From a virus, in the IMG/VR virus record IMGVR_UViG_3300010883_000011, positions 21,773 to 85,772 of that record: a stretch of 64,000 nt of DNA; one strand, given 5' to 3'. Each line of letters opens with the position of its first letter. Position 1 is the first letter of the stretch. The notes below the pieces were generated by a model. The model did no database searches, was not told where the DNA came from, and saw only the letters and a program-made list of their open reading frames with translations. Below are positions 21,841-30,921 of the stretch, piece after piece. The translations under genes and the position numbers were made by a program.

Positions 21841-22175
21841 TGACTGAACGGAAAAAAACTCTTCTTCTGATAGCCGCGATTATTTTGGTCGTCGTAGCGG
21901 TCATGGCGGCGGTTTTCGGGTTCGGGTGGCAGTCTGGGGCGGCAATCGGGGCTGCGGCTGGCGCTCGCCTTGTCGCTGGAAACGTCAAAGCAGCCAACGA
22001 GGTTGAAAATGCGCTGAAAGAAACATCCGATGCACTAAAGGCAATAGCGGCTACAACAACAGAGGCGGATGAGAGCATTCGTTTGTTGCACGCAGAGATT
22101 GACGAAATGAGTCCAGAAGAAAAAATCGCACTTGCCAGCAAGGTACTAAACCGTGTCGAGCAGGACGCGACATGA
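21840..22175 (+). CDS. Membrane-anchored coiled-coil protein (spanin-like candidate)
   Basis: N-terminal TM helix then heptad-like helical region. Confidence 0.5.
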   Translation: MTERKKTLLLIAAIILVVVAVMAAVFGFGWQSGAAIGAAAGARLVAGNVKAANEVENALKETSDALKAIAATTTEADESIRLLHAEIDEMSPEEKIALASKVLNRVEQDAT

Positions 22176-22285
22176 AGTGCGTGATTCAACGAATCTGCTT
22201 TGAGTGCGACCACTGTTACATCGGAACGATTTATTGTCCGAAGTGCTTCAAGGCTTCTGGTGAACCGTTACCGGTGACCTCTTGA
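22172..22285 (+). CDS. 37-aa zinc-finger micro-protein (not in ORF track)
   Basis: MKCVIQRICFECDHCYIGTIYCPKCFKASGEPLPVTS; ATGA and TTGA overlaps on both sides. Confidence 0.5.
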   Translation: MKCVIQRICFECDHCYIGTIYCPKCFKASGEPLPVTS

Positions 22286-22686
22286 TTCTGTTGATCGTTG
22301 TTGGGTCTGTTCTGGCCCAGGATGTTCCGGTGTTCGTGGATACCGGCGACAGTGTGACTGCTACCGTACCGTCATATCTATTGCCATCTCCGATGTTCGA
22401 TCTGTGTTTGAAGAACACCGTAGCCGCGAACGATATTCTGCGTCCCGCTTTAGATGGATGCGAATCTACTTGCACGACCGCACTAACAGAGGCTCAAGAA
22501 GCCCTGGAGACTTGTCACGCAACCCTGGAAATTGACCGAGACGAGATTCTTGACATGAGCACTCATGTTCTGGGTCTGCAACGATCCGTTGCAACTCTAA
22601 AGCGTCAACGCAATACAGCGTGGGCAGTGGCTGGTGGTATCGTCGCAGGGGTTGGCGTCACTACATACGTTGTCTCCGTGCGATGA
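22282..22686 (+). CDS. Signal-peptide, coiled-coil, C-terminal TM protein (spanin-like candidate)
   Basis: Hydrophobic N-terminus ending VLA-Q, helical middle with Cys, C-terminal AWAVAGGIVAGVGV. Confidence 0.5.
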   Translation: MILLIVVGSVLAQDVPVFVDTGDSVTATVPSYLLPSPMFDLCLKNTVAANDILRPALDGCESTCTTALTEAQEALETCHATLEIDRDEILDMSTHVLGLQRSVATLKRQRNTAWAVAGGIVAGVGVTTYVVSVR

Positions 22687-22689
22687 TTT

Positions 22690-23175
22690 ATGGCAAAGCA
22701 TCTTTTTCCACTTAGCTCTCTCTTCCATGCGCTACATAGCGCCGTTATCGAGGCCACAAAAACGGCGAGGGAAACCGGCCTTGCGGCGTTGAAAGAAGAC
22801 TACTTCGCTCAAGTCCACAACGAGGCTGGTGAGCCCACAGGAGTCTGGAAGGCCAAGACCATGACCATGACTCTTCCCACCCAGGAGAAGGGCAACGTCG
22901 AGCAACAACAGTATGACGTGCCACTGTTTGCAATGGTCAAACACCAATCAGTTGCGCTCGACACGCTCAAACTCGAATTCGACGTAGAGTTGCATGGCCT
23001 ATCACCGACCGATGACGACGCCGAGTCAGTGTCAAGCTATATGGTCGCGTGTACCCCGACGGGGGCGTTCAGTAGAAAGACTGTCGCAAAAGTCGAAGTT
23101 ACATTCAAAGGTGAAGACCCGTGTGAGGGGATTATGCGAATCAATGATAAGATCCTCAAAACCTTTCCAGTTTAG
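22690..23175 (+). CDS. DUF2589-like protein (paralog 1)
   Basis: VPLFAMV...L..LKLEFDVEL and C-terminal F.GEDPCEGIMRI, matching the neighbour's architecture. Confidence 0.65.
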   Translation: MAKHLFPLSSLFHALHSAVIEATKTARETGLAALKEDYFAQVHNEAGEPTGVWKAKTMTMTLPTQEKGNVEQQQYDVPLFAMVKHQSVALDTLKLEFDVELHGLSPTDDDAESVSSYMVACTPTGAFSRKTVAKVEVTFKGEDPCEGIMRINDKILKTFPV

Positions 23176-23184
23176 GAGTACAAC

Positions 23185-23793
23185 ATGGCTGATGGTCTTG
23201 TGAGTATGAGTAGCCAGTTTTCCGGTCTTCCCATGAAGGACTTGATCGGAGGCCCGCTACAGGCGGCGTGTGATGCACAGACATTGCTGGCAAACGCCAG
23301 TGCGAACTTCATCAAAGAGATCGGGCTTGAGGCGGGAGCGGACGGCTCGTACTCGGCGCGTACAGTAGACTTTGGTTTCACCCGCCCCAAGCAGTTGCCA
23401 GACGGAACCGTTGGTCAGGAAAAGGTAGACCTTGAGGTACCGCTGCTGGCTATCATCAATACACCCTCTCTTTCCGTGAAAGAAGCCGAAGTCAACTTCA
23501 CCATGAGTGTGTCTTCAAGCACAAGTGATGAGAGCACCACAGACAAAGAAGCTGATTTCGACGCTACCGCAAAGTTGAACTATGGGATCTTCTCGATGAA
23601 GGTTCATATTCACGGGCATGTAGCTTCTCATAGTGCCCATACACGCAAGTCCGACAACAGCGCGAAGTACGATGTTCGGGTTGTTGCGCGAGACGATGGA
23701 CCCCCCGAAGGTTTGATGAAGGTTCTCGACATGCTGAACGGTGCTATCGCCCCTACTGCTGTGTCAGCCGATCCCCCGCCACCCACCAAGTAG
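23185..23793 (+). CDS. DUF2589-like protein (paralog 2)
   Basis: QFSGLPM..LIGGPL.AA..AQ..LA, VPLLAII..PSL, DNSAKY.V.V.A....PPEGL.KVLDML. Confidence 0.8.
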   Translation: MADGLVSMSSQFSGLPMKDLIGGPLQAACDAQTLLANASANFIKEIGLEAGADGSYSARTVDFGFTRPKQLPDGTVGQEKVDLEVPLLAIINTPSLSVKEAEVNFTMSVSSSTSDESTTDKEADFDATAKLNYGIFSMKVHIHGHVASHSAHTRKSDNSAKYDVRVVARDDGPPEGLMKVLDMLNGAIAPTAVSADPPPPTK

Positions 23794-23796
23794 AAC

Positions 23797-24093
23797 ATGG
23801 ACCCTGTCTCTTTATTGCCATCACTGATTGGTTCAGAAAACAAGAACCCGCATTTAGCAGAGCTTATCTCGGTCGCGAACACGCAGCAGGTTGACGCCAT
23901 TCGTGCCGTGATTCGGGAAGCGTATGACCAGGGGCGGAAGGATTCCGACCGGTATGCTGCGTCCTTTGTGGGACTGGTTCTGAACGTCATGCTCGGTGCC
24001 GAGACGCCGGACGAGGAGGACACTGAACGCGTGTCTCTACGCAGACAGGGTATTCGTCAGGTGGTTCGTTTATTCCGACCAGAGATTCGTTGA
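23797..24093 (+). CDS. Hypothetical protein
   Basis: Operonic ORF ending exactly at the convergent minus-strand gene. Confidence 0.5.
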   Translation: MDPVSLLPSLIGSENKNPHLAELISVANTQQVDAIRAVIREAYDQGRKDSDRYAASFVGLVLNVMLGAETPDEEDTERVSLRRQGIRQVVRLFRPEIR

Positions 24094-24705
24094 CTACTTG
24101 ATGATTTTACGCAAAACAGCGATATCGTAGCCACCACTCTCAACGGCTCCGGTCTTGTGGTCAATGAGTTTCCAACTACGCAGAATCCAAATACGGTTCC
24201 GGTTGTCGAGATAAGTTTTCACCTCCATGAGAGGTGTGCCGTCGTGGCACTTGATTTCGAAGATCTCTTGAAAGTTCAAGCCGAAATCGACCTGTTTTAG
24301 TTCAAGTCTTTTGATCAATGCACAGGCACCATCCATTGAGACAGGGGCATAGACAGAGCCGTAAATATCTTGTTCAAGGTTCAATGGGGTCAGAAGGGAG
24401 GATGGAGATGTACCATGAAACTCATAGCCCTTTTTGAGTTTGGACTTTGCTCGCTTGATTCCTACGTCGGCCTCAACATATTGCATGGTCTGCTTGGCCC
24501 CAAGCGCACCGAATGAGACATACGACTGCCCTGCTGGCAGGTATACGAAGCTCCATCTTTTACGCGAATGCCCGCCATCGACTGTCGGATTCGCGCCAAC
24601 ATAAATGAGCGTGACATACCACCCATTCTGGGGTCGCTGCTCATAAAGACGAAGGGCACTTTCCATTGAAGACATGGATGCCCCTGGTAGGGTCTGTTTT
24701 GCCAT
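24094..24705 (-). CDS. WGR-like domain protein
   Basis: S.KRW...VSFGALG...K.KKGY pattern resembles WGR domains. Confidence 0.5.
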   Translation of the reverse strand: MAKQTLPGASMSSMESALRLYEQRPQNGWYVTLIYVGANPTVDGGHSRKRWSFVYLPAGQSYVSFGALGAKQTMQYVEADVGIKRAKSKLKKGYEFHGTSPSSLLTPLNLEQDIYGSVYAPVSMDGACALIKRLELKQVDFGLNFQEIFEIKCHDGTPLMEVKTYLDNRNRIWILRSWKLIDHKTGAVESGGYDIAVLRKIIK

Positions 24706-24763
24706 CGATCTGCCCGTGTGGTGTAGTTTGTTATAGCCACACGACCAAAAGGCATTCCGTTCT

Positions 24764-26179
24764 CTAAGGGGTGCTGGACCCTATCAGGCTAACCCTATAC
24801 GGCTCTCCCCAATCAAGCAGCCGCCAACCGGGTCGCCTACCAAATCTGCCCCCTGCAAACGCGGATTGATCGACGATTCCGCCAGTACACCCCATTTCCC
24901 CAAGGTAGTCGAGCGATCCCTTTCCAAGATCGTTCAACCACTTGCGGGTACGCCAAGAGCGGAAGAACGGTTCTGGGTCTTTGGGGTTAGCCAATTCGTA
25001 CCAAATCTGGATTCCATTGGGACTTGTTCTCACGGACGCAAACTTGCCAGACAGCTTGTTGTCTCGCTCCGCTACAGCAGCTACCCACGAAATGAACTTC
25101 CTTTTGCCGTACATAATCGGCGTGCGGTCTAAGTTGTCCAAATCCATGAGAACCCACCTTTGCCGGGTGGCCTTGAAACGAGACGGGACAAACACTTCTC
25201 GCTGCCCACGCTGAAAAGATCTCCACGAAGACGCCCTCATCTCACTTACAGAAACAAGACGGTCAGGAAGGAAGGTTGTTGGTGTGTTGTCATGCCACCC
25301 TGTCGCATAGTAAGCGGAAGCAGAGTAAGCACGGCGCTCCGCGGCCTCGCCACATCGGTCGGCCCACTTGAGCGTTTCCAGGAGTCCCCCTTTGGCGTAG
25401 TCCCCCACCAAACCAGCCGGGGACAACCTTCCCAACACGACCCGACCGGGTGAACCCACCTTCCCCAAAGCCCCCTGATTATGTATTCCATCAATAGGTG
25501 AGTACGAATTCACGGGCTGGAGGTTTTCTGCGGCACTTTTGGCCGCTCTTGAGAGTCGTGCTTCCCAGGATACCCCATCGTGTGAAAGACGAATGAAGGC
25601 AGAAAGTCGCTTGGCTCCTACATGACAAGCCATGCAGACGCCGTAGCCGGTGCGTGGATCATCCTGGTTGATATTGATCAACATGCTCGGAGTGTTGTCT
25701 TCGTGCCAGGGGCAGTGCGCCACCAATCGGTTGCGTCCCCGGACAACCCGAAGAGGGGTCCAGTCAACTTCGCTGATATCTGGTGACGGTGGATACCAGA
25801 GCCCGTTTACGATCATCCACTCCGCAAACTCTTGTAGCTGCTGATGGACGCCCTCCTCAAAGAGAAGGTGTTGTCCCCATTTGCCACCTTTTCGAATCTG
25901 GCGTGGCATGAAGCCCAGCCGTTCGATCTTGTTCCGGTGTATGGGGTGCCAGGGAAGCCGAGACGAGGTGATATGCCATGCCGAATTGGCGCTTCCGTAG
26001 CTGACCTCTGCAAGTCGTTGGAGGTATCCAATCGACAACTCAACGTAGACTTGTCCATCGTGGAGTTGGTGCGGATGGGTAGCAAGACGCCAAAGTAGGG
26101 CGCGACACGCAATAGATACGGCAGGTCTGGATGATGTTTCTGCTATGATTGACAGAGCAGAATCTGCCACTTTCGCCAC
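24764..26179 (-). CDS. CHC2 zinc-finger plus AEP (primase-polymerase)-like protein
   Basis: CPWHEDNTPS...CMAC; WVLMDLD and RTSPNGIQIW resemble AEP motifs I and II, with the motif II His replaced by Q. Confidence 0.6.
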   Translation of the reverse strand: MAKVADSALSIIAETSSRPAVSIACRALLWRLATHPHQLHDGQVYVELSIGYLQRLAEVSYGSANSAWHITSSRLPWHPIHRNKIERLGFMPRQIRKGGKWGQHLLFEEGVHQQLQEFAEWMIVNGLWYPPSPDISEVDWTPLRVVRGRNRLVAHCPWHEDNTPSMLININQDDPRTGYGVCMACHVGAKRLSAFIRLSHDGVSWEARLSRAAKSAAENLQPVNSYSPIDGIHNQGALGKVGSPGRVVLGRLSPAGLVGDYAKGGLLETLKWADRCGEAAERRAYSASAYYATGWHDNTPTTFLPDRLVSVSEMRASSWRSFQRGQREVFVPSRFKATRQRWVLMDLDNLDRTPIMYGKRKFISWVAAVAERDNKLSGKFASVRTSPNGIQIWYELANPKDPEPFFRSWRTRKWLNDLGKGSLDYLGEMGCTGGIVDQSAFAGGRFGRRPGWRLLDWGEPYRVSLIGSSTP

Positions 26180-26284
26180 TGATGCGCTCCTGTTGGTGTG
26201 ATGGGGGTTTACGTCATCGTCCAGTTATAGGACGTTCTGGCGTGAATCGCCAAGACACAAAGTTAGTCGAAGAGAGTACCCTAA

Positions 26285-27154
26285 ATGCCCCTGACACAAA
26301 ACCGACCCGACTATACCGCAGCCCGGCTCAACAATATCTACGAGACTATCCGAGACGGGTTTGCGCGGTTGCTGCCACGCGAATTGTCGGGGGCCGGGAC
26401 ACACAGCAACGGAACGGCCAAGCAGCGCACATACAAGGCGATCTCCGATCTGACGATGGACGAGGCGGAAGCCTCAGCGGTCGCGGCACCAATGGATGTA
26501 GTCAGGTTCTTCAAGGAGCAAATGAACGCGAGATGCGTTGCATACATTGAAACAGAAACCACCAAAACAGACACCTTCACGATCTATGCGGGAAGGCAGG
26601 CCGTCAAAGCCGATGTGGCAGCGCCACAGATTTTCCGTGGTAAAAAGAAGGGGTCCTATGCCTGGACAGAGAGCGCAAAACGGGTCGTTGTCGCTCCGCA
26701 AAGGTTGGTTTCTCTCGTGGTGTCCGTGGCAGGAACGACCGTGGGGGTTGATGACGTGTGGTCAACGACCGCCGGGAACAACTCAAACAACCTTTCGATA
26801 GGAAAGGTAGAGACATTCACTTCGTTCATCTACCAGCCGCTCACACGGACGGGACAGGTTGAATACTTTACCGACTTCACGCCCGCCAACGAAATCGTAC
26901 AAACCAACCAACCATACAACGTCCTATACACGCAGGCGAAGCTCACGGTAGCGGATCTGTCCAGTCAGTGCGACGGCGCTATTCAGACATTCACCACCGG
27001 CAAATACATTTCCGGCACGCTTCGGGTTTATTGGAACGGGCAGAGGCAGACCACAGGAGAACAAGTGACCGAGGTGACTACGACTACATTCAGCACAACA
27101 TTTGTACCCGCGTCGGATGACGTGTTGTTGGTTGACTACCGCCCTGACTCGTAA
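26285..27154 (+). CDS. Hypothetical virion protein with C-terminal small beta domain
   Basis: DG...TFT...LRVYWNGQRQ....P...D.L..DY motif, also present at the end of the next gene. Confidence 0.55.
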   Translation: MPLTQNRPDYTAARLNNIYETIRDGFARLLPRELSGAGTHSNGTAKQRTYKAISDLTMDEAEASAVAAPMDVVRFFKEQMNARCVAYIETETTKTDTFTIYAGRQAVKADVAAPQIFRGKKKGSYAWTESAKRVVVAPQRLVSLVVSVAGTTVGVDDVWSTTAGNNSNNLSIGKVETFTSFIYQPLTRTGQVEYFTDFTPANEIVQTNQPYNVLYTQAKLTVADLSSQCDGAIQTFTTGKYISGTLRVYWNGQRQTTGEQVTEVTTTTFSTTFVPASDDVLLVDYRPDS

Positions 27155-27305
27155 GTTCTGGTGTTTCGGTTCCATATATTGTTCGTTCGGTAGGGTCGCG
27201 TAGGAGCCTGTTACAGTGAGAGCGTACTTGTAGCCATGGTGACATCCAAAGATGGGTGGGGGCCTGGGTGTACGCTGCCATTCACACTAAATCAAGGAAT
27301 CCCCC

Positions 27306-28865
27306 ATGGCTCTCCAGTTTGTAACCGACCAGATCAAAGACAATGCAGTCACCGCCGGGAAGATGGCGAACAGCACCATCACCTCGGCCCAGGTAGACCT
27401 GACGGCGGGCTTCGCTTTCTCTGGCGCACTGACTTCGTCTGCTGTGCCTTCGACTGCGAACGATGTAGCCAACAAGACCTACGTTGATAATATCGCGGCG
27501 GGCCTGCACTGGAAGGACTCCTGTGCTTCCGCCACCACCGCCAACTTCGCAGCAACCTACCACAACGGAAACGGCACGCTGACCGCGAGCAGCAACGGTG
27601 CATTCACCACCGATGGTCAGGCAGGCGTTCTCGACCAGCGGGTTCTGGTCAAGAACCAGAGCGCAGCCGCCGAGAACGGAATCTACACCGTCACCACCGT
27701 CGGAACCGGTGAAGCACCTGCTGTGCTCACCCGCGCCGGCGACATGAACGCAGCCGCCGAGTTCCCTGGTGCAGCCTGCTTCGTGCGAGCCGGAACGACC
27801 CTGGCCGACTCTGGCTGGACATGCACTATCGACGCAGATCCTACGCTTGGAACAACCGCTATCACCTTCGTGCAGTTCACGGGTGGTGGTCAGTTGACTG
27901 GTGGCGACGGAATCAGCATCGTTGGCAACGCGGTCGCTATCGACCTTGTGGACAGCGGCTCGGGCCTCTCCTTTGACACCGGCGAACTCCAGATCGCTTC
28001 GACTGGCGTGACGAACTCCATGCTCGCGGGCAGCATTGCCAACGCCAAGCTCTCCAACAGCGCCGTCACGGTCACTGCTGGCACGGCCCTGACGGGCGGT
28101 GGCTCGGTGTCCCTGGGTGGCAGCGTCACCCTCAATGTCGGCGGGATTGTCAACGCCCAGCTTTCTGGCTCTGCGGGCATCGTGAACGCCAATCTGGCCA
28201 ACAGCGCGGGCACTGTCCCTGCTGGCGACGGCTTGAGCGGTGGTGGCTCGGTGGCCCTGGGGGCGGCTGTGTCCCTGGCTGTCGGAGTCGACGATAGCTC
28301 GATTGAGACGAACCTCGACGTTCTGCGAGTCAAGGCAAGTGGTGTCACCAACACCATGCTCGCGGGCAGTATCGCGGACAGCAATCTGTTGACCATCGCC
28401 ACCAGCAACAAGGTCAGCGGCTCGGCGGTACAGTTGGCCTCGTCCAACAGCACCATCGAGAACTCGACCGGGCTTCAGGTGAAACTGGTCGCAAGCAAGG
28501 GCCTTGAAGCCGTTGCTGGCGGCCTTCAAATCAAGCTCGACGGCGCCTCGCTGGCGCTGGGTGCAGCCGGTATCAAGATTCCAGACGCTGGGGTGACCCC
28601 TGCCATGCTGGGCTTCCAGCCCCGCAAGGAAGGATTCACTGGCAACGGATCGGCCACCGCCTTCACTCTTGGCTTCCGCATCTTGAGCAGCGATTGGCTT
28701 GACAGCGGCACCGTTTCACGGAACGGGCAGGTGGTTGACCAAGTCGGCGACTCCCCCACAGGGAACACCGAGTACACCGTCACCGACAACGGAAGCGCCA
28801 CCACCCTGACCTTCGGGGCTGCGCCCCTGACCGGCGACGTTCTCCGCATTCTGTATTTCGCGTAA
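27306..28865 (+). CDS. Fibre/decoration-like virion protein with Gly/Ser/Ala repeats
   Basis: ANKTYVD, RVLVKNQ..A.ENGIY, VTAG..L.GGGSV.LG repeats, GVTN.MLAGSIA repeats. Confidence 0.75.
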   Translation: MALQFVTDQIKDNAVTAGKMANSTITSAQVDLTAGFAFSGALTSSAVPSTANDVANKTYVDNIAAGLHWKDSCASATTANFAATYHNGNGTLTASSNGAFTTDGQAGVLDQRVLVKNQSAAAENGIYTVTTVGTGEAPAVLTRAGDMNAAAEFPGAACFVRAGTTLADSGWTCTIDADPTLGTTAITFVQFTGGGQLTGGDGISIVGNAVAIDLVDSGSGLSFDTGELQIASTGVTNSMLAGSIANAKLSNSAVTVTAGTALTGGGSVSLGGSVTLNVGGIVNAQLSGSAGIVNANLANSAGTVPAGDGLSGGGSVALGAAVSLAVGVDDSSIETNLDVLRVKASGVTNTMLAGSIADSNLLTIATSNKVSGSAVQLASSNSTIENSTGLQVKLVASKGLEAVAGGLQIKLDGASLALGAAGIKIPDAGVTPAMLGFQPRKEGFTGNGSATAFTLGFRILSSDWLDSGTVSRNGQVVDQVGDSPTGNTEYTVTDNGSATTLTFGAAPLTGDVLRILYFA

Positions 28866-28868
28866 GTC

Positions 28869-29210
28869 GTGGCGTTTCTTGTCCGATGGAACACAGGAAC
28901 ATCAGAGGCGACGGTACGGTGCATCGACATCGTACCGTCGCCTCTCCTGGGAGGGTGCCTCCGGCTAACTGGAGTCGCGGGTGTTTCCGATCCAGATCAC
29001 CCGGATATTCAGGTCCAGACAATGGACATTCGGAAAGACCACATCACATACATCGTGCAGGGGGAAAGTGATGGAACCACTGTCGGTGATAGCGAGCTAC
29101 CCGGCCTTGGTTCTGTCGATGCTGGTGATGGCGTGAATAATGAGAACGGTACGCAACAGAGCGGGGTAGACCATGAATGGGGGCGAACCGGAAGCCGCGA
29201 ACACCGATAA
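28869..29210 (+). CDS. Hypothetical protein
   Basis: Operonic ORF after the fibre gene. Confidence 0.45.
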   Translation: MAFLVRWNTGTSEATVRCIDIVPSPLLGGCLRLTGVAGVSDPDHPDIQVQTMDIRKDHITYIVQGESDGTTVGDSELPGLGSVDAGDGVNNENGTQQSGVDHEWGRTGSREHR

Positions 29211-29315
29211 AGCTTAAGAATCGGACCGAAGAAGACCCTATCGTAGAAAGACCATCGAGAGTTTGTTAGACTCTTGACATGGTCGTGTTTGGAGTAAATA
29301 CACAGGGGATTCATT

Positions 29316-30758
29316 ATGGCGAAGGCTGATTGGACACAGCAGATCTGGTACAGCTTTCCCGACCCTACCGGAATGCTGGACAGCATTGTTGTCGGGCAAC
29401 GCACGGTAGCGGGGAAGGTCTGCAAGATGATCTCTCCGACCAGCGGCTTTTGGTCTGACAGTCTGAAGTATGAGATCGGTAGCGATCCGCAGGCCCTTTG
29501 GAGCCAGACAGACTACCTCGTCACCTACCAATACGCCTGGAAGGGCGGGGCAATGACTGTTCCGCGTATGCAGGTTGCGGATGAAATCTACATTTGGTCG
29601 CGCACCTCTGGGGCAACCTACATTGGGACCAACTACCTGTTCACGGGTGGCTATCGCGCCAAAATGGTGGCTGGAGCAGACAACGCGGCCACGCTGACCC
29701 TGGAACGGATTGTGGGTGGTGCGGCCACTTCTCTTGGAACTACAACGATCACCAGCGGAGCAAACGCAACGTGGTTCAAGCCAGGAACCAGACATACCTA
29801 TACGCTCTCAGCTTCTGGTGGCGCTTCCAATGTCGCGCTTGTTGTCCAGATCGATGGAGTCGAATGGCTCAACATCAACGACACACACGAAGCCGCAATC
29901 ACGACAGGAGCCCCCGCTATGGGCATCAAGTCGGGTGGCGTGAGTGGCGGCGGTGCTGTCTTTGTAGACAACTTTGAGGTGCGAAAACTCACAGTGGAGG
30001 CGGGGCCAGAGGCTTGGCTACCAACACTTGTCACCGGGCTTTCGTTTTGGACGAAAGCGACAGACGGCTACACCAAGACCGGGTCAAATGCAGTTTCAGA
30101 ATGGGCGGACCAGTCGGGGAACAGCAACAACGCAGGACAAGCAAATCTCACGCTTGCCCCGACCTGGACCGGAAACGCGATCAACTCCATGCCTGTTATG
30201 GATTTCGACGGCGTAGACAACACAATGGCAGCAGCGGACGCCGCAACGCTCGACCTAACCGCGATGTCGGTACTTGGCGTTGTCAAGGCCGATACATTCG
30301 GCGGTGCGTCTGGAGAGAACTTCACTTCCGACTTCGTTTCCAAGGGCACTAATTTTGCGGTAGGCATTATCAACTCAGCCTCTACCGGCTCTGGACAAAT
30401 GATCTTCACCGCTGGCGGTGAAAACGAAGAAAGCTCCTCAGATGTCTTCGCCACGGGCAGCGATACCATCATCTGTTGCATAGCCAAGGTTGGCGAGGCC
30501 AACGGAGCGTTTTTCATCAACGGTACGACATCTGGCACTGTCACCCAGACAGTGGGGGGGGTAAATAGTACCGCTATGTCGCTCGGTACGGACGGAGCCC
30601 GGTTCTACAATGGAGAAATCGCAGAGCTTCTCGTCTACAGCACCAAGCTGTCCGATGCAGACAGAGCGAAAGTCGAAGGCTACCTCGCGTGGCGCTACGG
30701 GTTGGTGGCAAACTTGCCCGCCCTCCATCCATACAAGACGGCTCCACCCACCCCCTAA
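29316..30758 (+). CDS. Virion protein with two concanavalin/LamG-like beta-sandwich domains
   Basis: W.DQSGN.N.A, FDG.D, G.IAELLVY...LS..DR..VEGYLAW.YG. Confidence 0.7.
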   Translation: MAKADWTQQIWYSFPDPTGMLDSIVVGQRTVAGKVCKMISPTSGFWSDSLKYEIGSDPQALWSQTDYLVTYQYAWKGGAMTVPRMQVADEIYIWSRTSGATYIGTNYLFTGGYRAKMVAGADNAATLTLERIVGGAATSLGTTTITSGANATWFKPGTRHTYTLSASGGASNVALVVQIDGVEWLNINDTHEAAITTGAPAMGIKSGGVSGGGAVFVDNFEVRKLTVEAGPEAWLPTLVTGLSFWTKATDGYTKTGSNAVSEWADQSGNSNNAGQANLTLAPTWTGNAINSMPVMDFDGVDNTMAAADAATLDLTAMSVLGVVKADTFGGASGENFTSDFVSKGTNFAVGIINSASTGSGQMIFTAGGENEESSSDVFATGSDTIICCIAKVGEANGAFFINGTTSGTVTQTVGGVNSTAMSLGTDGARFYNGEIAELLVYSTKLSDADRAKVEGYLAWRYGLVANLPALHPYKTAPPTP

Positions 30759-30921
30759 GCGATTCAACGATGGGGATGGCTATTCGTCCCGGTTGTGGCT
30801 ATAACTATAGTGTCATGGCCTATTCCCGGCAGGGAGTAGAAACTGTGACGCCCTGTTGGTGTTGGGCCCTCGGTGACGGTGTTGTTGCCGGGGGTCCACT
30901 TTCTATGGGGGTAGATAGGGC

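Noticed and set aside
27282-28529. 415-aa minus-strand ORF and similar antisense ORFs across the window
   Set aside because: Shadow frames of well-supported + strand genes
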